A stretch of DNA of 64,000 bases from Acidimicrobiales bacterium. GTDB taxonomy: Bacteria > Actinomycetota > Acidimicrobiia > Acidimicrobiales > Aldehydirespiratoraceae. The DNA is taken from assembly GCA_041687805.1 (NCBI GenBank), contig JBDNJK010000116.1, positions 3,985-67,984 of the forward strand, given 5' to 3'. The notes beneath the pieces were generated by a model that searched no databases, was not told the DNA's origin, and saw nothing but the letters and a program-made list of their open reading frames with translations. Positions 1 through 11,005 of the stretch are shown one piece after another (position 1 is the first letter of the stretch; each line of letters starts with the position of its first letter). Made by a program: the position numbers and the translations under genes.

Positions 1-374
1 ACGGTGCTCCGCTTGAGCCGACCGAAGTGGTGGCGGCAGCATTGATCGGCGACGTGCGCCGAGTGGTGGTCGGCGCCGACAATGTGGTGATCAACCTGGG
101 ACGCCGTCAGCGGCTGTTCACCGGCTCGGCACAGCTGGCAGTGAGGTTGTCATCAAGCGAGTGCTACTGGCCGGGCTGCCACGTTCCCACATCGAATTGC
201 CAAGCCGACCATCTCAAGCCATGGTCCGATCCTCATCGAGGCTCCACCGATCAAGAAAATGGCGGCCCGGCATGTGGGCGACACAACCGCCACAAACAGC
301 GCGGATTCAAGGTGCGCCGCGACTCAGCGGGAGGGTGGCACGTCTTGCGTCCCGATGGAACCGAGATCGAATAG
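1..374 (+). CDS. DUF222/HNH endonuclease-family protein, C-terminal part (5' end outside window)
   Basis: Frame open from base 3; LGRRQRLFT...CYWPGC...CQADHLKPW...GST...N...C.RHNRHK, the C-terminal pattern of actinobacterial DUF222-HNH proteins. Confidence 0.8.
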   Translation, partial: GAPLEPTEVVAAALIGDVRRVVVGADNVVINLGRRQRLFTGSAQLAVRLSSSECYWPGCHVPTSNCQADHLKPWSDPHRGSTDQENGGPACGRHNRHKQRGFKVRRDSAGGWHVLRPDGTEIE

Positions 375-392
375 CCGGTCGGGCTCGACCTG

Positions 393-1532
393 TCAGGTGG
401 CGCGTTGCCAGAGCGCCATACCCATACCGTCGTGGTCGTCACCCGGAAGAAGCATCGACACATTGGTGTCGTCGCGGTAATCCCACTTATCGTTGTCGGG
501 GCGAATCGGGGCAAAGTCTGACAACGCGCCGCTGGTGGCCGCAGCTGCTATCGAACCGCTGGTCTCAGCGTTGGTGAGTGTGCAAACACTGTAGACAAGA
601 GAGCCACCGGGCTTTACGAGCGCCGCCGCCTGTGTGAGCAACGCTGACTGCAGTTCGCACAGATTGCCAATATCGCTCAGTTGAATTCGCCAGCGAGCGT
701 CAGGCCGACGACGAAGTGCTCCGAGCCCTGAGCATGGAGCGTCGACCAGAACAGTGTCGAAAGTGGCGGGTCGAAACGGCGGATGCAATCCATCGGCTAC
801 CACTGGATATAGCTGGTCGAGTCCCAGAGACTCTCGATTCGACGCGATCAAGCCCACTCTGCTCTGCCGGAGGTCGGCCGCCACCACGATCGCACCACTC
901 GCGGCTATCGCCGTCGCCTTGCCCCCAGGTGCGGCGCAAAGGTCCAGCACCAGCCCGCCTGCATGAGTCGGCACGGTTTCTGCGACTAGTTGAGAGCTCT
1001 TGTCTTGGATATATCCGTCATCTCGCCGGTTGACGGATGCGGGCTTGTTCATCACTCGCAAGGCGTCGTCGGCGGCTTCGGCACCCAATTCTGAGCGGAG
1101 CAACTCGACCATCCAGTCGGGGTAGCTGAGCTCGATCGCGGTTGTGGGGTATTCGATTCCGGACTTCGCGGCGTCGGCAACCTTTCTCAATATCGCGTTG
1201 ACCAGACCACGGAACCGTTTGGGAGAGGCCGACACGGTCGCCGACACGGCGGCGTGAGGAGGTGTGCCCAATTCAATGAGTTGGTATGCCCCGAGCCGCA
1301 ACGCAGCACGCGCTGTGGGTGGTGGATCCTGCATGAGGTAGCGGTCGACGACATGATCGAGGGCACGACGACGACGTGTGGATCCATAAACGAGTTCGGT
1401 GACGAAACCACGATCACGAGGTTCAAGATCTGAATCTTCGAGCATTCGAGGCAACGCGACATTGGCGTAAGCGCCCTCGGTATCGATTCGCACCAATGCT
1501 GCGATCGCAAGGCGGCGAGCATCGTCGGTCAT
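393..1532 (-). CDS. rsmB: 16S rRNA m5C methyltransferase RsmB/Sun (NusB-like domain plus methyltransferase, short form)
   Basis: VLDLCAAPGGK, LVDAPCSGLG, YSVCT motifs; start set at ATG overlapping fmt stop (ATGA). Confidence 0.9.
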   Translation of the reverse strand: MTDDARRLAIAALVRIDTEGAYANVALPRMLEDSDLEPRDRGFVTELVYGSTRRRRALDHVVDRYLMQDPPPTARAALRLGAYQLIELGTPPHAAVSATVSASPKRFRGLVNAILRKVADAAKSGIEYPTTAIELSYPDWMVELLRSELGAEAADDALRVMNKPASVNRRDDGYIQDKSSQLVAETVPTHAGGLVLDLCAAPGGKATAIAASGAIVVAADLRQSRVGLIASNRESLGLDQLYPVVADGLHPPFRPATFDTVLVDAPCSGLGALRRRPDARWRIQLSDIGNLCELQSALLTQAAALVKPGGSLVYSVCTLTNAETSGSIAAAATSGALSDFAPIRPDNDKWDYRDDTNVSMLLPGDDHDGMGMALWQRAT

Positions 1533-2419
1533 GATCCAAACGTTTCGTCGGCATTCGGGCGTGCGCCGTTGACCCATGCGTCTGCCGCAACCGGGCCCTT
1601 GCCCTCTGATTGCACGGTCACAAGTTTCAACCTACCGCTGCCGGTGGCAACCGTGGTGCCGTCGATCGAACCCGGCCGGCCGGCCATGGCCTCGTCAACC
1701 ACCTCTGCACCGTTGATCTTGAATCGTCTTCCTCGCCAAGTTGTCCATGCTCCACCCACGCGGACCACCCGACTGATCTGTTGGGCATGTTGTGTCCAAT
1801 CGATTTCCAACTCGGACTTTCGTATCTTCTCCGCGTAGACCGGTTTACCCACCTGGGGTAGCGGGACACCGAGGCCGGAACCCAACGCCTCGACGAGTTG
1901 CTTGGTGCCGATCTCCACGAGGCGGCCCCGCAAGGAGTCGAGAGTATCGATCGGCTCGATGGCGATTTCATCGCGGCGATACACAGCTCCGGTGTCGAGC
2001 TCGGGCTCCACCGACATGAGACACACACCTGTGTGGGTATCGCCGGCAAGAATGGCTCGCTCAACAGGGGCGGCTCCTCGCCACCTCGGCAGAAGCGAGA
2101 AATGGATGTTGACCATCGCAAGATGATGAAGCAGCTGGGTTGGGATGATTCTGCCGTAGGCAACCACCACCGCAAGGTCGGCTTCGACGTCGGCAACATC
2201 ATCGATCGAATCGGAGACCGCTAGACCGAGTTCTGTGGCCGCAGCCTTGACAGGGCTCGGAGTGTCACCGCCGCGCCGGCGCCTGCGGGCGTCAGGGCGC
2301 GTGAGCACCAAAGGAATTTCGTAGCCCGACTTGTGGAGGGCCAACAGCGGCGGAACCGCCAAATCGGGCGTGCCCATATAGACGACCCGACGAATTTGGG
2401 CCGGTGGAGTCGCTATCAC
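1529..2419 (-). CDS. fmt: methionyl-tRNA formyltransferase
   Basis: YMGTP, VVAYG, NIHFSLLPRWRGAAP; GTGA overlap with def. Confidence 0.97.
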   Translation of the reverse strand: MIATPPAQIRRVVYMGTPDLAVPPLLALHKSGYEIPLVLTRPDARRRRRGGDTPSPVKAAATELGLAVSDSIDDVADVEADLAVVVAYGRIIPTQLLHHLAMVNIHFSLLPRWRGAAPVERAILAGDTHTGVCLMSVEPELDTGAVYRRDEIAIEPIDTLDSLRGRLVEIGTKQLVEALGSGLGVPLPQVGKPVYAEKIRKSELEIDWTQHAQQISRVVRVGGAWTTWRGRRFKINGAEVVDEAMAGRPGSIDGTTVATGSGRLKLVTVQSEGKGPVAADAWVNGARPNADETFGS

Positions 2420-2946
2420 CGAAGATGCAGTCCTCTCCTTGCGGTGGGCTTGTTGTCGGCGCCGATCTGAAGGTCTCGCAATGTGGCCATGGCCTCTTTT
2501 CGCGTTTCCGGGTCGAGGCGATCAACAAGAAGCACGCCGGCGAGGTGATCGACCTCATGCTGGAACATGCGCGCCTCGAGTTCATCGGCCTCATAAGACA
2601 CGTCGTTTCCGTCGAGATCGCGGCCCACCATATGGACGGTTTTGGGACGAACAATCTCCCACGACAGACCGGGCACAGAGAGACACCCCTCCTCAAATGA
2701 CCATTCGCCATCAGACTCCACGATTTCGGGATTGATCATCGAGTGTGGGCCGTCGCCGATATCCCACACGAATATTCTCTTCTGCACTCCCACCTGCGGC
2801 GCTGCCACCCCGATGCCCGGAATGTCGTACATGGTTTCGATCATGTCATCGGCAAGTCGAATCAACGCGTCGTCGATTTCGGTGACATCGTGGGCGACCT
2901 GTCGGAGAACGGGATCACCGATGATGCGAATGTCGTACGCGGCCAT
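2416..2946 (-). CDS. def: peptide deformylase
   Basis: GIGVAAPQVG, EGCLS, QHEVDHL motifs. Confidence 0.97.
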   Translation of the reverse strand: MAAYDIRIIGDPVLRQVAHDVTEIDDALIRLADDMIETMYDIPGIGVAAPQVGVQKRIFVWDIGDGPHSMINPEIVESDGEWSFEEGCLSVPGLSWEIVRPKTVHMVGRDLDGNDVSYEADELEARMFQHEVDHLAGVLLVDRLDPETRKEAMATLRDLQIGADNKPTARRGLHLR

Positions 2947-2952
2947 GAAGAG

Positions 2953-2977
2953 AGGATAGCTACGGCGCCGCTACCGT
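2953..2977. promoter_or_regulatory. back-to-back -10 elements of divergent, probably leaderless promoters (def and methyltransferase)
   Basis: TATCCT (minus, 2958-2953) 6 nt before def ATG; TACCGT (plus, 2972-2977) 7 nt before GTG 2985; no clear SD. Confidence 0.55.
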
Positions 2978-2984
2978 CGTCGGG

Positions 2985-3620
2985 GTGAAGCCAACCGAAG
3001 GCAGTCCCCCGGCTGCTCACTATTTCAGCAGCGATCCCGCATCCCCCTCCAAGCCACGCGCCGTTGATATCACCCTGCCCGACATCAGCCTTACGTTGCA
3101 GTCCGACAGCGGAGTGTTCTCGGCCGATCACCTCGACCCCGGCACCAAGTTGCTGCTGATGGCTTCACCACCCCTGACCGGCAACGAGAAGCTGGTGCTC
3201 GACGTCGGCTGTGGCTGGGGCCCGATTGCTTGTGTGGCCGCCACGAGGGCGCCTCAGGCGCATGTGTGGGCGATCGATGTCAATGAACGAGCTCTGTCGC
3301 TCACCCGGGCCAACGCCCTCTCGCTCGGACTTGATGATCGAGTCCACGCGTGCTTTCCCGACGACGTGCCAGCCGACCTCATGTTCGACAGGATTCTCTC
3401 CAATCCTCCTATACGAGTGGGCAAGCCTGCGCTCCACGCCCTTCTGGAACGATGGATCGCTCGACTTTCCCCCGCCGGAGTCGCCCACTTGGTGGTTCAA
3501 AAGCACCTTGGAAGCGACTCCCTGGCAAAGTGGCTCGCCGGTCGAGGCAATGATGTCGCCAGGATCGAAAGCCGAGGCGGATACCGAATTCTCGAAGTGT
3601 CGAAAGGTCAACCCACATGA
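2985..3620 (+). CDS. class I SAM-dependent methyltransferase (RsmC/MTS family)
   Basis: HYFS, GVFS..HLDPGT.LL, LDVGCGWGPI, SNPPIRVGK. Confidence 0.88.
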   Translation: MKPTEGSPPAAHYFSSDPASPSKPRAVDITLPDISLTLQSDSGVFSADHLDPGTKLLLMASPPLTGNEKLVLDVGCGWGPIACVAATRAPQAHVWAIDVNERALSLTRANALSLGLDDRVHACFPDDVPADLMFDRILSNPPIRVGKPALHALLERWIARLSPAGVAHLVVQKHLGSDSLAKWLAGRGNDVARIESRGGYRILEVSKGQPT

Positions 3621-4138
3621 GTCAACTCGACGGCACAGGAATGAAGCGTCTTCACCGCGAATGGCGGCATCGCACCACCGGCCGCGTGGCGCTGATCCTC
3701 GACGGAGTTCAGAACCCGTTCAACATCGGGTCGATTGTGCGCACTGCTGCCGCAGAGCGCGTCGACCACATCTGGATCGCCGGTGGCACACCGCCGTCGC
3801 ACGACAAGGTCAACAAAACCGCCCTCGGGACGGCGCGCTATCTCACTTGGACCGAGGTCGCCAACGGTCCTGAGGCCGTCGAGGCCGCGTCGGCCGCTGG
3901 CTACCGAACCGTGGCAGTGGAGCTCACCTCCAGTGCCGTGCCGATACACGAGGTGGAGATGGGCACCGATGTTGCGCTGGTGATCGGCCACGAAGACAGA
4001 GGCGTCACCCCGGCAACTCTTGCCGTGTGCGATGCCGTGGCGTTCATCCCTCAACTCGGCAAGGTCGGGTCGCTCAACGTAGCTTCGGCCACCGCAATCG
4101 CGATCTACGAGGCCCGCCGCCGAGTTTGGGCAACCTGA
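3617..4138 (+). CDS. TrmH/SpoU family RNA methyltransferase
   Basis: LDGVQNPFNIGSIVRT, IGHEDRGV, IPQ.GKVGSLNVA; ATGA overlap. Confidence 0.9.
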   Translation: MSQLDGTGMKRLHREWRHRTTGRVALILDGVQNPFNIGSIVRTAAAERVDHIWIAGGTPPSHDKVNKTALGTARYLTWTEVANGPEAVEAASAAGYRTVAVELTSSAVPIHEVEMGTDVALVIGHEDRGVTPATLAVCDAVAFIPQLGKVGSLNVASATAIAIYEARRRVWAT

Positions 4139-4188
4139 GGCTCGCTAGTTTGTCTGCGACGCCCGGCTACGACCCAGACCGGCGTATT

Positions 4189-4731
4189 TCAGCTCGGCAC
4201 CTTGGCCGAGCGGCAGGCCCGAACAATCGCATCGTCGAGACCATGGGGATCGCCGAGGACCGACAAATTACATTCGATGTAGTGGTCGGCACCGTCATGG
4301 AAGGCTGCAACCGATACCACCGTGAGATCACCGTCAGCCACCGCCCGCAGCACGAACGCGTCGCCCTCATCTGACTCTTCAAGTTCAGACAACAGCGTGC
4401 CCTCATCTGATCGGGCCTGAACGAACGTTTGCAGACGGCCACCCACCTCGCGCCATTCGTCGAGTGTCCTGAAAGCACAGCCTTCAGGGCCACACGCCCA
4501 CGCCACCGTCCACGAGTCGACATTGCTGAGCCCGGCGCCGGGCGGCTCGTAGCGGAACGGCGACTCGACATTCGGCTGCCAACCTGCCGGCACGTCGATG
4601 ACAATGCCATCGGAGGTGGTGACCGACTGAAATTCGACCGCCTTGCTCCGCGGTGTGACCACCAAATAGACACCAAGCGCGGCCAGGACCAACAGCAACA
4701 CAACCGGAAGACAATGATTCACAGGGGTCAT
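4189..4731 (-). CDS. hypothetical exported or membrane-anchored protein
   Basis: N-terminal hydrophobic helix, IDVPAGW motif, four Cys in mature part; ATGA overlap with priA stop. Confidence 0.7.
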   Translation of the reverse strand: MTPVNHCLPVVLLLVLAALGVYLVVTPRSKAVEFQSVTTSDGIVIDVPAGWQPNVESPFRYEPPGAGLSNVDSWTVAWACGPEGCAFRTLDEWREVGGRLQTFVQARSDEGTLLSELEESDEGDAFVLRAVADGDLTVVSVAAFHDGADHYIECNLSVLGDPHGLDDAIVRACRSAKVPS

Positions 4732-6520
4732 GCTCGCAACGGATCAACTTCAACCCTGAGTCGGGCCGCGGGTCTGGTGGCATCGGCCAGGATATCCAGC
4801 AGCGGCTCGTGGGTTGCTGACCTGAGCAACCAGCGATCATCGAGTGGGCCTCTGATGCTCACGCCGACCGCACCTCGAATGCCTTCTATGAACTCGGCCG
4901 CTCCGGCTCCACTCACCATCGCTTCTGCGCCGTACGGGGGCATGCCTATTGCCTGCCGACGGTCGCGTTCCGACATCGCCATGATTGATGGATCCGCGAG
5001 GGCTGCAGCTCGGATCACCGCATGATCTGGCAATCTCGTCTGAACGATCATCGCACCGCCATTGACACGCGAACCCACGAGCTTGGCGGCACGAGCCAGC
5101 AAGGCCATCGCCTGCTCCGATGCCCGCTGCCGCGGCGTCAACAATTCCTGATCGAAATCGAGAAACACCACCAGATCTGCGACGTCGACCCTATGGAGCA
5201 CAGCCTCGGTGCCCATGACCACTCGAGTTGTCGGCGAACTCGTTGATTCGGCCGTGACCTCTGCGACATCCTCTCGGATGGCTGCACACAACTCCTCGCG
5301 CGCCCGAGTCACCCCGAGTCGGAGATAACGAAGCGAGGTCGACCCGCACGCCGAACAAACCGCCGGCCTGGTCTCCGATCCGTCGAGCGATTCGAGCAAT
5401 GAATCGACCATCACCATGGGAGCGTGCCCATCATCGGTTCGAATGATCTCACCGCAGGCCGCGCATGCCAACAGCCTCGCCCGGCCCTTGCGGTTGAGCA
5501 CACACGCAACCCGTCCGCCACGCCGAATTCGATCGATCACCCCTTCGGCAAAAAGTCCACCACGCGTGGGCGGCTCATCGCGGCGATCGATCACGTCGAC
5601 GACAGGCCATCCGTCGCGCTCGGCCGAGCGCGACGGTCGGAACAACTTCCCGACCCTCAGCGCCTCGAGAGTGGGAATGGGAGAGGTGGTGACCGCCGGG
5701 ACTCCTCGACGTCTGGCCCGCTCCAACGCCACATCTCGCGCGTGCCATGCAGGTGTGCGTTCATTCTTGAGCAGCTCGTCGTGCTCATCTATCACCAGGA
5801 CCGCGGCAAGCTCCGGTGCCGGCATCCACGCCGCAGTGCGAGTACCTACAACAGTGGCACCACCGGCGGCAAGTGCCCAATCATCGGGGCCAAAGGCCAC
5901 CGTGACACCTGCACGTCGCAGCGTGAGGGCCAGCATCCGAGCTGTGGTTTGATCGGGCGTGACGATGAGTGCTTGGCCCAACCGACATGCCGCCATCGCG
6001 ACCGGTGTGAGGTCGTGGGCCGGTGGGATTCTCACCACAGCGTTCATTGCGCCGAACGCCTCATCGAACACGTCGGCCGGGCCCGACGGAACCACACCGC
6101 GAGTCACAGCAGACGGCCGCCCTGCAATCATCTTCGGAGGCGACGCTGCTCGCAGGAACGCGACCCTGCGCCCGGCCCACCGCCACGCCGCCCACTTCGA
6201 AAGGTCGACCAGTTCGGCATCGGGTCCGCAACCACTCAACTTGACGAGAGGCGCTAGTTTGACCCCGACAACGGGCTCCACATCGACGCCGGTAATCCAG
6301 CCGGCGACGCGTCGCCCATGTAGTGCGACTCTCACCATCGAGCCCACGTCGACTCTGTCGGCACGACCGTCCGCTTCCCACGACTTCGGGATCAGATAGT
6401 CGAACTCGCGGTCGATCGCGGCAATATCAGGCAAGACCCGTACAACTCGACCTGCAGGACGCGTTGACTCGGCAGAGGACGCGGCTGCGCCGGGGATCAG
6501 TTGTTGTTGGCCAGAATCGT

Positions 6521-6524
<4 letters not shown>
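4728..6524 (-). CDS. priA: primosomal protein N' (PriA), degenerate-helicase actinobacterial type; start uncertain (TTG 6434 or CTG 6524)
   Basis: [37 protein letters not shown]...CSAC, VQTR.PDH, MPPYG, VEVDP; follows metK. Confidence 0.85.
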
Positions 6525-7719
<1,195 letters not shown>

Positions 7720-7723
<4 letters not shown>

Positions 7724-8949
7724 TCTTGCTCCTGATCGTGAGATTCGCGGCCGGCGATTTCGACAGCCGCATCCAGAACTATGCGTGCAACTTCTTGTTT
7801 CGTGCACATCGGAACGTGGCGTCGCGATCCGTCGCCCCGCAGTATGACCACTTCGTTGGTGTCGTGTTCAAATCCGGCGCCTGGTCTGGAGACATCGTTT
7901 GCCACGATCATGTCGAGATTCTTGCGTGCCAACTTTTCGGCAGCGTTGGCCTCGAGGTCGTCGGTCTCGGCGGCGAAACCAACCAGAATCTGATGCTCTG
8001 GTTTGGCTGCTCCCATTCCGGCGAGGATGTCGTCGGTGGGCACCAGAACAATCGCAGGGGTGCCTCCGCTCTTCTTGATCTTGTGGTCGGTCACTTCGGA
8101 GGGTTTGAAGTCGGCTACCGCCGCGGCCATCACAACAATGTCGCAGGCCGGTGCGTGGAGCGAGCACGCCGCTGCCATCTCTGCGGCCGTTTCAACAGCG
8201 ATGACCTCGATACCGCCGGGTGAGGAAATAGGAGTGGTGGTGACCAAGATCACCTCTGCCCCCCGGGCCTCCGCCTCGATTGCCACCGCGTGCCCTTGCT
8301 TGCCAGATGACCGATTGCCGACGAATCGCACCGCATCGATGGGTTCGCGCGTGCCGCCAGCGGTGACCAGAATTTTCATTCCTGCAAGATCGTGCCTGGC
8401 CTGTGAGGCGACCGCTGATTCCACCGCCGCCACGATCTTGTCGAGTTGAGCCAATCGGCCATGTCCGATGTCGCCGCCGGCCAATCGTCCGCGCTCAGGC
8501 GGGACCACCAAGACCCCGCGCGAGGTGAGCACGGCCATATTTTCCTGAACGGACGCCTGCTGCCACATCTCTGTGTGCATTGCCGGGCACACAACCAGCG
8601 GAGCACTCGAGGCGAGAATGGTGGCCGTGAGCAGATCGCCGGACCGACCGGTGCGGATATCGGAAATGACTCGAGCCGTTGCCGGGCAGACAACGACAAC
8701 ATCGGCGCTCTGGCCGATGTTGGTGTGGGGAATTGGGGAGCTGGGGTCGTTGAAGATCGACGTGTGTGCTGGCTCGCTCGCCAGCGCGGAAAATGTGGCA
8801 GGACCCACCATGAGGCAGGCAGATTCGCTGAGAACCGGCACCACATGAGCGCCGGCGTCAACCAAACGGCGACAGACCTCAACCGCCTTGTAGGCAGCGA
8901 TACCTCCCGTTACCCCGAGTACGACGCGTCGACCGGCAAGGTTGCTCAT
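7720..8949 (-). CDS. coaBC: bifunctional phosphopantothenoylcysteine decarboxylase/synthase
   Basis: [46 protein letters not shown]. Confidence 0.97.
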
Positions 8950-8971
8950 AGCGGCCGGTGCCAGGTCCTGG

Positions 8972-9286
8972 TCAGGCGCTCTCGTCGGCGTCGGCGTCTA
9001 CCGACTCTTCGCCCGACACTTCTTCGTCGACCGCGTCGGGGTCGATCTCGACGGCAACGATCTTGTCGGCGGCAATCTCCTCGAAGGCAATCGACAACGG
9101 CCGCGAGGCGGTTGAGGTGACCTGAGGCGGGACGCTCGACCCAATGCCGTCCTTGAGCTGGCCGACATATTCGGTGATCTCACGGCTACGCCTGGACGAC
9201 AAAACAACGAGGCGAAATTTGGATCCGGCCTTTTCGAGGAGCTTCTCGATCGGGGGGTTCATCATTGTGTCGTAGCTGTGTGCCAT
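8972..9286 (-). CDS. rpoZ: RNA polymerase omega subunit
   Basis: PPIEKLL..AGSKF.LV...RR, PLSIAFEEI; position between gmk and coaBC. Confidence 0.92.
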   Translation of the reverse strand: MAHSYDTMMNPPIEKLLEKAGSKFRLVVLSSRRSREITEYVGQLKDGIGSSVPPQVTSTASRPLSIAFEEIAADKIVAVEIDPDAVDEEVSGEESVDADADESA

Positions 9287-9322
9287 GACTTGCCTCTCAG
9301 TGGATCAAAACGGGCCTTCAGG

Positions 9323-9892
9323 CTAACAGGAGGTCGCTCCAGCCCGGCGGGCAAGTATAAGACATTCGATCTCCTCGACCGCCCGCTCAAGATCGTCGTT
9401 GATCACGACGTCGCAGCCGAGATCGTTTGCCAAGACAACTTCCTCGGCCGCTTTCGCCAAGCGAGCCGCAACCTTGTCGTCGGCATCGCCACGGCCACGC
9501 AGACGGTCTTTCTGATGGGAACGGCTGGGGGCATCGACAAATATCAGCAGCGCATTCGGGTAGCGACGAGCCACCTGCTGTGCTCCGTGGACGTCGATTT
9601 CGAACACCACGTCGTGCCCGGTTGGGGGGCTGGGCATGGGGGTGCCCTGCATGTAGTCGAGGAACTCCACCCACTCGAGAAAACCGCCGGCTTCGATATG
9701 AGCCTTGAACAATTCACGATTGGTGAAGTGGTAGGCCTCCATCGACTCCCCTGGTCGCCTGGCACGTGTGGTCCAACTTCGAGACAGCCAAAGCCGTGGG
9801 TCGCGGTCGAGCAGTCGGGCCACGATCGTGCCCTTTCCGACCCCTCCGGGGCCGGAAATCACGATCACTTGACGATTATCAAGATCTGTCAC
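9323..9892 (-). CDS. gmk: guanylate kinase
   Basis: [29 protein letters not shown]. Confidence 0.95.
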   Translation of the reverse strand: MTDLDNRQVIVISGPGGVGKGTIVARLLDRDPRLWLSRSWTTRARRPGESMEAYHFTNRELFKAHIEAGGFLEWVEFLDYMQGTPMPSPPTGHDVVFEIDVHGAQQVARRYPNALLIFVDAPSRSHQKDRLRGRGDADDKVAARLAKAAEEVVLANDLGCDVVINDDLERAVEEIECLILARRAGATSC

Positions 9893-9915
9893 TGGTGTTC
9901 AGCCAACACTGATGT

Positions 9916-10230
9916 TCAGCCGAAAACGGCCAGCAACTTCGCGCGCTGGGTCTGACCTAGGCCCCGCACTCGACGATTGGAAGCGATGCCAACCTCGTCC
10001 ATCGTGCGACGAGCTTTGACTTTTCCAACGCCAGGAAGAGATTCGAGAACTGCCAAGACCTTCGTGCGCGCTATCAACTCGTTGGTTTCAGCCTCGTCGA
10101 GCATCTCACGAAATGTGATTGATCCCATTTTGAGTCGCTGCTTGAGTTCGGCTCGGAATCTTCTGGCTTCGGCCGCTTTTACCAGAGCCGCGGCGCGAGC
10201 CTCAGCGGATAATTTTGGTGGACCACTCAT
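9916..10230 (-). CDS. mihF: actinobacterial integration host factor MihF
   Basis: RAAAL.KAAEARR.RAELK, LESLPGVGKVKA, RRVRGLG. Confidence 0.93.
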   Translation of the reverse strand: MSGPPKLSAEARAAALVKAAEARRFRAELKQRLKMGSITFREMLDEAETNELIARTKVLAVLESLPGVGKVKARRTMDEVGIASNRRVRGLGQTQRAKLLAVFG

Positions 10231-10240
10231 CGCGCAGACT

Positions 10241-11005
10241 TTAGTCGACCGATGGTCGCGTCGCTTCGATCACCGACTCATGAACTTTCTCGGCCGCATC
10301 AATAGGGTCGTCTGCTGCTGTGACAGATCGTCCGATCACGAGCAGATCAGCGCCCCCGGAGACCGCTTCGGCGGGCGATGCCGCTTGGGCCTGATCGTCG
10401 GCGCGATCACCGGGCAGCCTGATTCCGGGCACCACTCTGACCAATCTCGGGGCGTAGTGGTAAGCCTCGCTGAGATCTGCCGCAGCGCACACGATTCCGC
10501 TGCATCCGGCTTCGGCTGCGAGCATCACCCTCTTGGGCATGATGTGAGCGGGGGCATTCCGATCGCTGGTGAGAACGGTGATGGCCAGCGAAGTGGGTTG
10601 CTCAAGCCCGGCGTTGTAGGCGCCCTCCGACAGACCCTCCACACCCGCCCTGAGCATCTCGACACCACCATGAGCGTGGAACGTCAGATAACTCACACCA
10701 AGAGCACCCAGCACTCGAGACGCCTTGGCCACCGTGGTGGGTATGTCGTGGAGTTTCAGGTCGAGGAAAATGTCGTATCCAAGATCGGCGATTGCTGCGA
10801 TTGCTTCGGGGCCCGCCGCGGAATACAGCTCCAAGCCGATCTTCGCCACAGAGAAATAATCACTCAGTTCGCGACCGAGCCGGATTGCCGCCACAAGATC
10901 ATCGACGTCGAGGGCAAGCGCAAGACGATCACTTATTGCGCTCTGAGCCGATGGCTCGGCTGGGGAAGTCTCATCTTCGGCAGGTTGTTCGACATTCTCA
11001 ACCAT
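10241..11005 (-). CDS. pyrF: orotidine-5'-phosphate decarboxylase
   Basis: LALD, KIGLEL, DLKLHDIPTT, VPGIR, VIGRS. Confidence 0.97.
   Translation of the reverse strand: MVENVEQPAEDETSPAEPSAQSAISDRLALALDVDDLVAAIRLGRELSDYFSVAKIGLELYSAAGPEAIAAIADLGYDIFLDLKLHDIPTTVAKASRVLGALGVSYLTFHAHGGVEMLRAGVEGLSEGAYNAGLEQPTSLAITVLTSDRNAPAHIMPKRVMLAAEAGCSGIVCAAADLSEAYHYAPRLVRVVPGIRLPGDRADDQAQAASPAEAVSGGADLLVIGRSVTAADDPIDAAEKVHESVIEATRPSVD

Noticed and set aside
375..395. GGTCG/CGACC hairpin between the converging HNH gene and rsmB
   Set aside because: Short stem with no U-tract; too weak to call a terminator
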